Source: a bacterium (GTDB lineage Bacteria; JAMCPX01). From it: 31,306 bases of DNA. The notes beneath the pieces are model-generated. The model did no database searches and had not been told where the DNA came from. It saw nothing but the letters and a program-made list of their open reading frames with translations. The DNA lies in assembly GCA_037439545.1 (NCBI GenBank), contig JBBIVV010000025.1, positions 1-31,306 on the forward strand. The letters run 5' to 3'. Position numbers and translations under genes: made by a program. Below, one piece after another: positions 29,316-31,306 of the stretch (its first letter is position 1; each line of letters starts with the position of its first letter).

Positions 29316-31304
29316 TCACAGCTTTATGCTCTGATAGAGCTTTTTTGTTTCTTCCGACGGTTCGACGCCGAGCATTTCAGGAAGGACACCAGCACAGCGT
29401 CTGTATATCGAGGCAACTTCAGAATTGCGTCCCAGAGATTTATATATCACCATGAGCCGCTGGTAAAATAATTCGATCTGGTTGTCTATTTCCAGTCCCT
29501 TCTGATAGGTCAGGATTGCAGAGTGTACATTCCTTCTGTCCTCAAAATACATGCCGGCCCGCTCAACAAACCTTAGAAATTTTGCGTGCAGCTTTTCTTT
29601 ATTCTGTATAGACCATGCCGGGATGTTGCTTCCTGAGGAGAAAGGCCCTTTATATAGATTAAAAACGGTATCTACCGTTGTTCTGACCTTTTCTTTGTCG
29701 GTATCATCTCTTTGTTCGCTCAAGGTAATATCTAATTTTTTGACGGCAAGTTCGAATGCCTTAACATCGGTCCAGCATACGCTCTGGTTCAGCAAGAGCT
29801 TACCTGCCTCTGACAGAACTGCATTATTCGAACCAAGCAGCCTCCTCAACCGGTGCAAGGTTATATCGAGAGTTCTGTGTGCATAATCTCCCGGAGCTTC
29901 TGGCCATAAAACCGCGCCTATCCGATCAAACTCAACTGCCTTTCCATTATTCATAATCAGGTATTGCAACAGTTCAAAAGGTTTGATCTGAGCTTTACGT
30001 GAGAATTCTATGGGTACATCATCTTTTAAGACCCTAAAACTGCCGAGCGTATAAAACCGAAATGCCCATGGCCAGTCTTCGCATGCTGTGGGAGGCTCAT
30101 CCGGCACAAGATCGCGCTTTTTAATCAGACTTCTGACATACTCTGTGCTGATTCCATGTTCGAGCGCCTTGACACAGAGCCGTGCCATGACGGACGGCCG
30201 CCAACCTATGAAATTCACATATCCTTCAGCCTGTCCGATCTGCAGCGCCTGACTCAACAATCTCAAACCGGAGCGCTCGTCATTCCGATCGAACGCAAAC
30301 AATGCCTTTACTATTAGATATATGTAATTGAATTGCTTCTGACCTTTGCTGATTGTATGTGCTTTTTTTAGATAGTACAATGCTTTCTTATCATCTGAGA
30401 GTTCATGGAGTATTTGAGAAATCTGCAGAGCGCTCAGCACCATCAGATTTATGTCGCCTGAATCGCTGGCCAGTCTCATGCCCCTTTTCTGACTATTGAA
30501 TGCAGAAATAAAATCTTCTCTTATCATAGCCTCACCGGTTAAAACAATATAATACAAGACACGATCGTAGGTACCGACACGATCTATTATTCCAGAAATC
30601 TTTTGTAAAAGCTGTTTCCCATGCTGAACATGTCCGGTGGTCAACATCCAACCGGCACCAAAAACCGACAGCGTGAAATCCATCACATGGATGCCGGCAG
30701 TCTCGGCAAAATTTATCCCGTCATAAAATGACTTGAATTGATAATCATGTTCTGCGGTATTCCAATTGTATAAAACATCTATACTTTTGAAAGTAAGAAA
30801 CGTTAACGGAGACACATGTTTTGAATAAGCAAGTTTTCTTAGGGGAGATAGTATACTGTCTCCTTTCGTGATATTCCCTGTCGCTAAATAATAAAGTGCT
30901 ATTATGGTGTTTAACTGTATTCTGAAATCAATATTGGCATTGTTATTTTTCAAGAGTTCCAGAGCACGTTTGAGCCATTTTTTTATTTTAGGGTTAAAAT
31001 GTTGTCTGAAAACCATTGCAAACAACATCTTCATGGTCGCAATAGTCTCCACTTCACTGACCGGAAACCTTTTCTCTTTTGCAAGTTTCTCCATGATGCT
31101 GATCCACGGATCATAGAGTTTATAGCTCCCAAACCCATACGTCACCGAGTCAATGGCTCCTGTCCATGCCATAAGCATTCCATTGCGGTCTGAATTTTTT
31201 GTGAAAAGCTTGAACGTCTTTTTGAAAAGGGTATAGCTTTTTTCTGGATTAAACGGCAGCCTGCATACACCCTGCCAGTAGATCAGCCATGGATTGATTT
31301 TAAC
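29316..31304 (-). CDS. Large TPR-wHTH-BTAD (SARP-type C-terminus) transcriptional regulator, 5'-truncated by the window
   Basis: The frame stays open from 31178 to the window edge (VKINPWLIYWQG...). TLG.F, LWPE, LHRLRRLLG, LY.GPF, E..YQ.LM and LGVEPS.ET motifs. Confidence 0.88.
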   Translation of the reverse strand, partial: VKINPWLIYWQGVCRLPFNPEKSYTLFKKTFKLFTKNSDRNGMLMAWTGAIDSVTYGFGSYKLYDPWISIMEKLAKEKRFPVSEVETIATMKMLFAMVFRQHFNPKIKKWLKRALELLKNNNANIDFRIQLNTIIALYYLATGNITKGDSILSPLRKLAYSKHVSPLTFLTFKSIDVLYNWNTAEHDYQFKSFYDGINFAETAGIHVMDFTLSVFGAGWMLTTGHVQHGKQLLQKISGIIDRVGTYDRVLYYIVLTGEAMIREDFISAFNSQKRGMRLASDSGDINLMVLSALQISQILHELSDDKKALYYLKKAHTISKGQKQFNYIYLIVKALFAFDRNDERSGLRLLSQALQIGQAEGYVNFIGWRPSVMARLCVKALEHGISTEYVRSLIKKRDLVPDEPPTACEDWPWAFRFYTLGSFRVLKDDVPIEFSRKAQIKPFELLQYLIMNNGKAVEFDRIGAVLWPEAPGDYAHRTLDITLHRLRRLLGSNNAVLSEAGKLLLNQSVCWTDVKAFELAVKKLDITLSEQRDDTDKEKVRTTVDTVFNLYKGPFSSGSNIPAWSIQNKEKLHAKFLRFVERAGMYFEDRRNVHSAILTYQKGLEIDNQIELFYQRLMVIYKSLGRNSEVASIYRRCAGVLPEMLGVEPSEETKKLYQSIKL

Positions 31305-31306
31305 GA

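Noticed and set aside
29213..29455. 80-aa + strand ORF after the DsrE-like gene
   Set aside because: Starts inside a palindromic repeat and overlaps the convergent regulator.

Overview
A mostly core-genome window, probably from a deltaproteobacterium-like diderm (inferred from gene order and the MshEN-type GspE). In order: (1) a probable metal-import cassette: a small membrane uORF ending in RAPP, then a TonB-dependent receptor, exbB, exbD and tonB; (2) xerC-hslV-hslU-argB on the + strand; (3) a ~19 kb, nearly gap-free minus-strand run: cNMP-binding protein, Pro-rich LysM protein, guaB, guaA, dnaE, hfq, hflX and type II secretion genes gspC-D-E-F-G-H-I-J-K, with no gspL/M/N/O; (4) a gamma-carbonic-anhydrase-family gene, an outer-membrane beta-barrel plus DsrE-like pair, a REP-like palindrome and a 5'-truncated TPR-wHTH-BTAD regulator. 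Two signals stand out. First, the RAPP codons of the uORF are a perfect anti-Shine-Dalgarno for the receptor gene ~210 nt downstream, bridged by nested stems; this suggests a ribosome-stalling translational switch with an unusual HxH/CxxH motif. Second, a related 82-bp in-frame palindromic element sits in the cleavable leader peptides of both GspG and GspJ. The Hfq also has an altered distal RNA-binding face.
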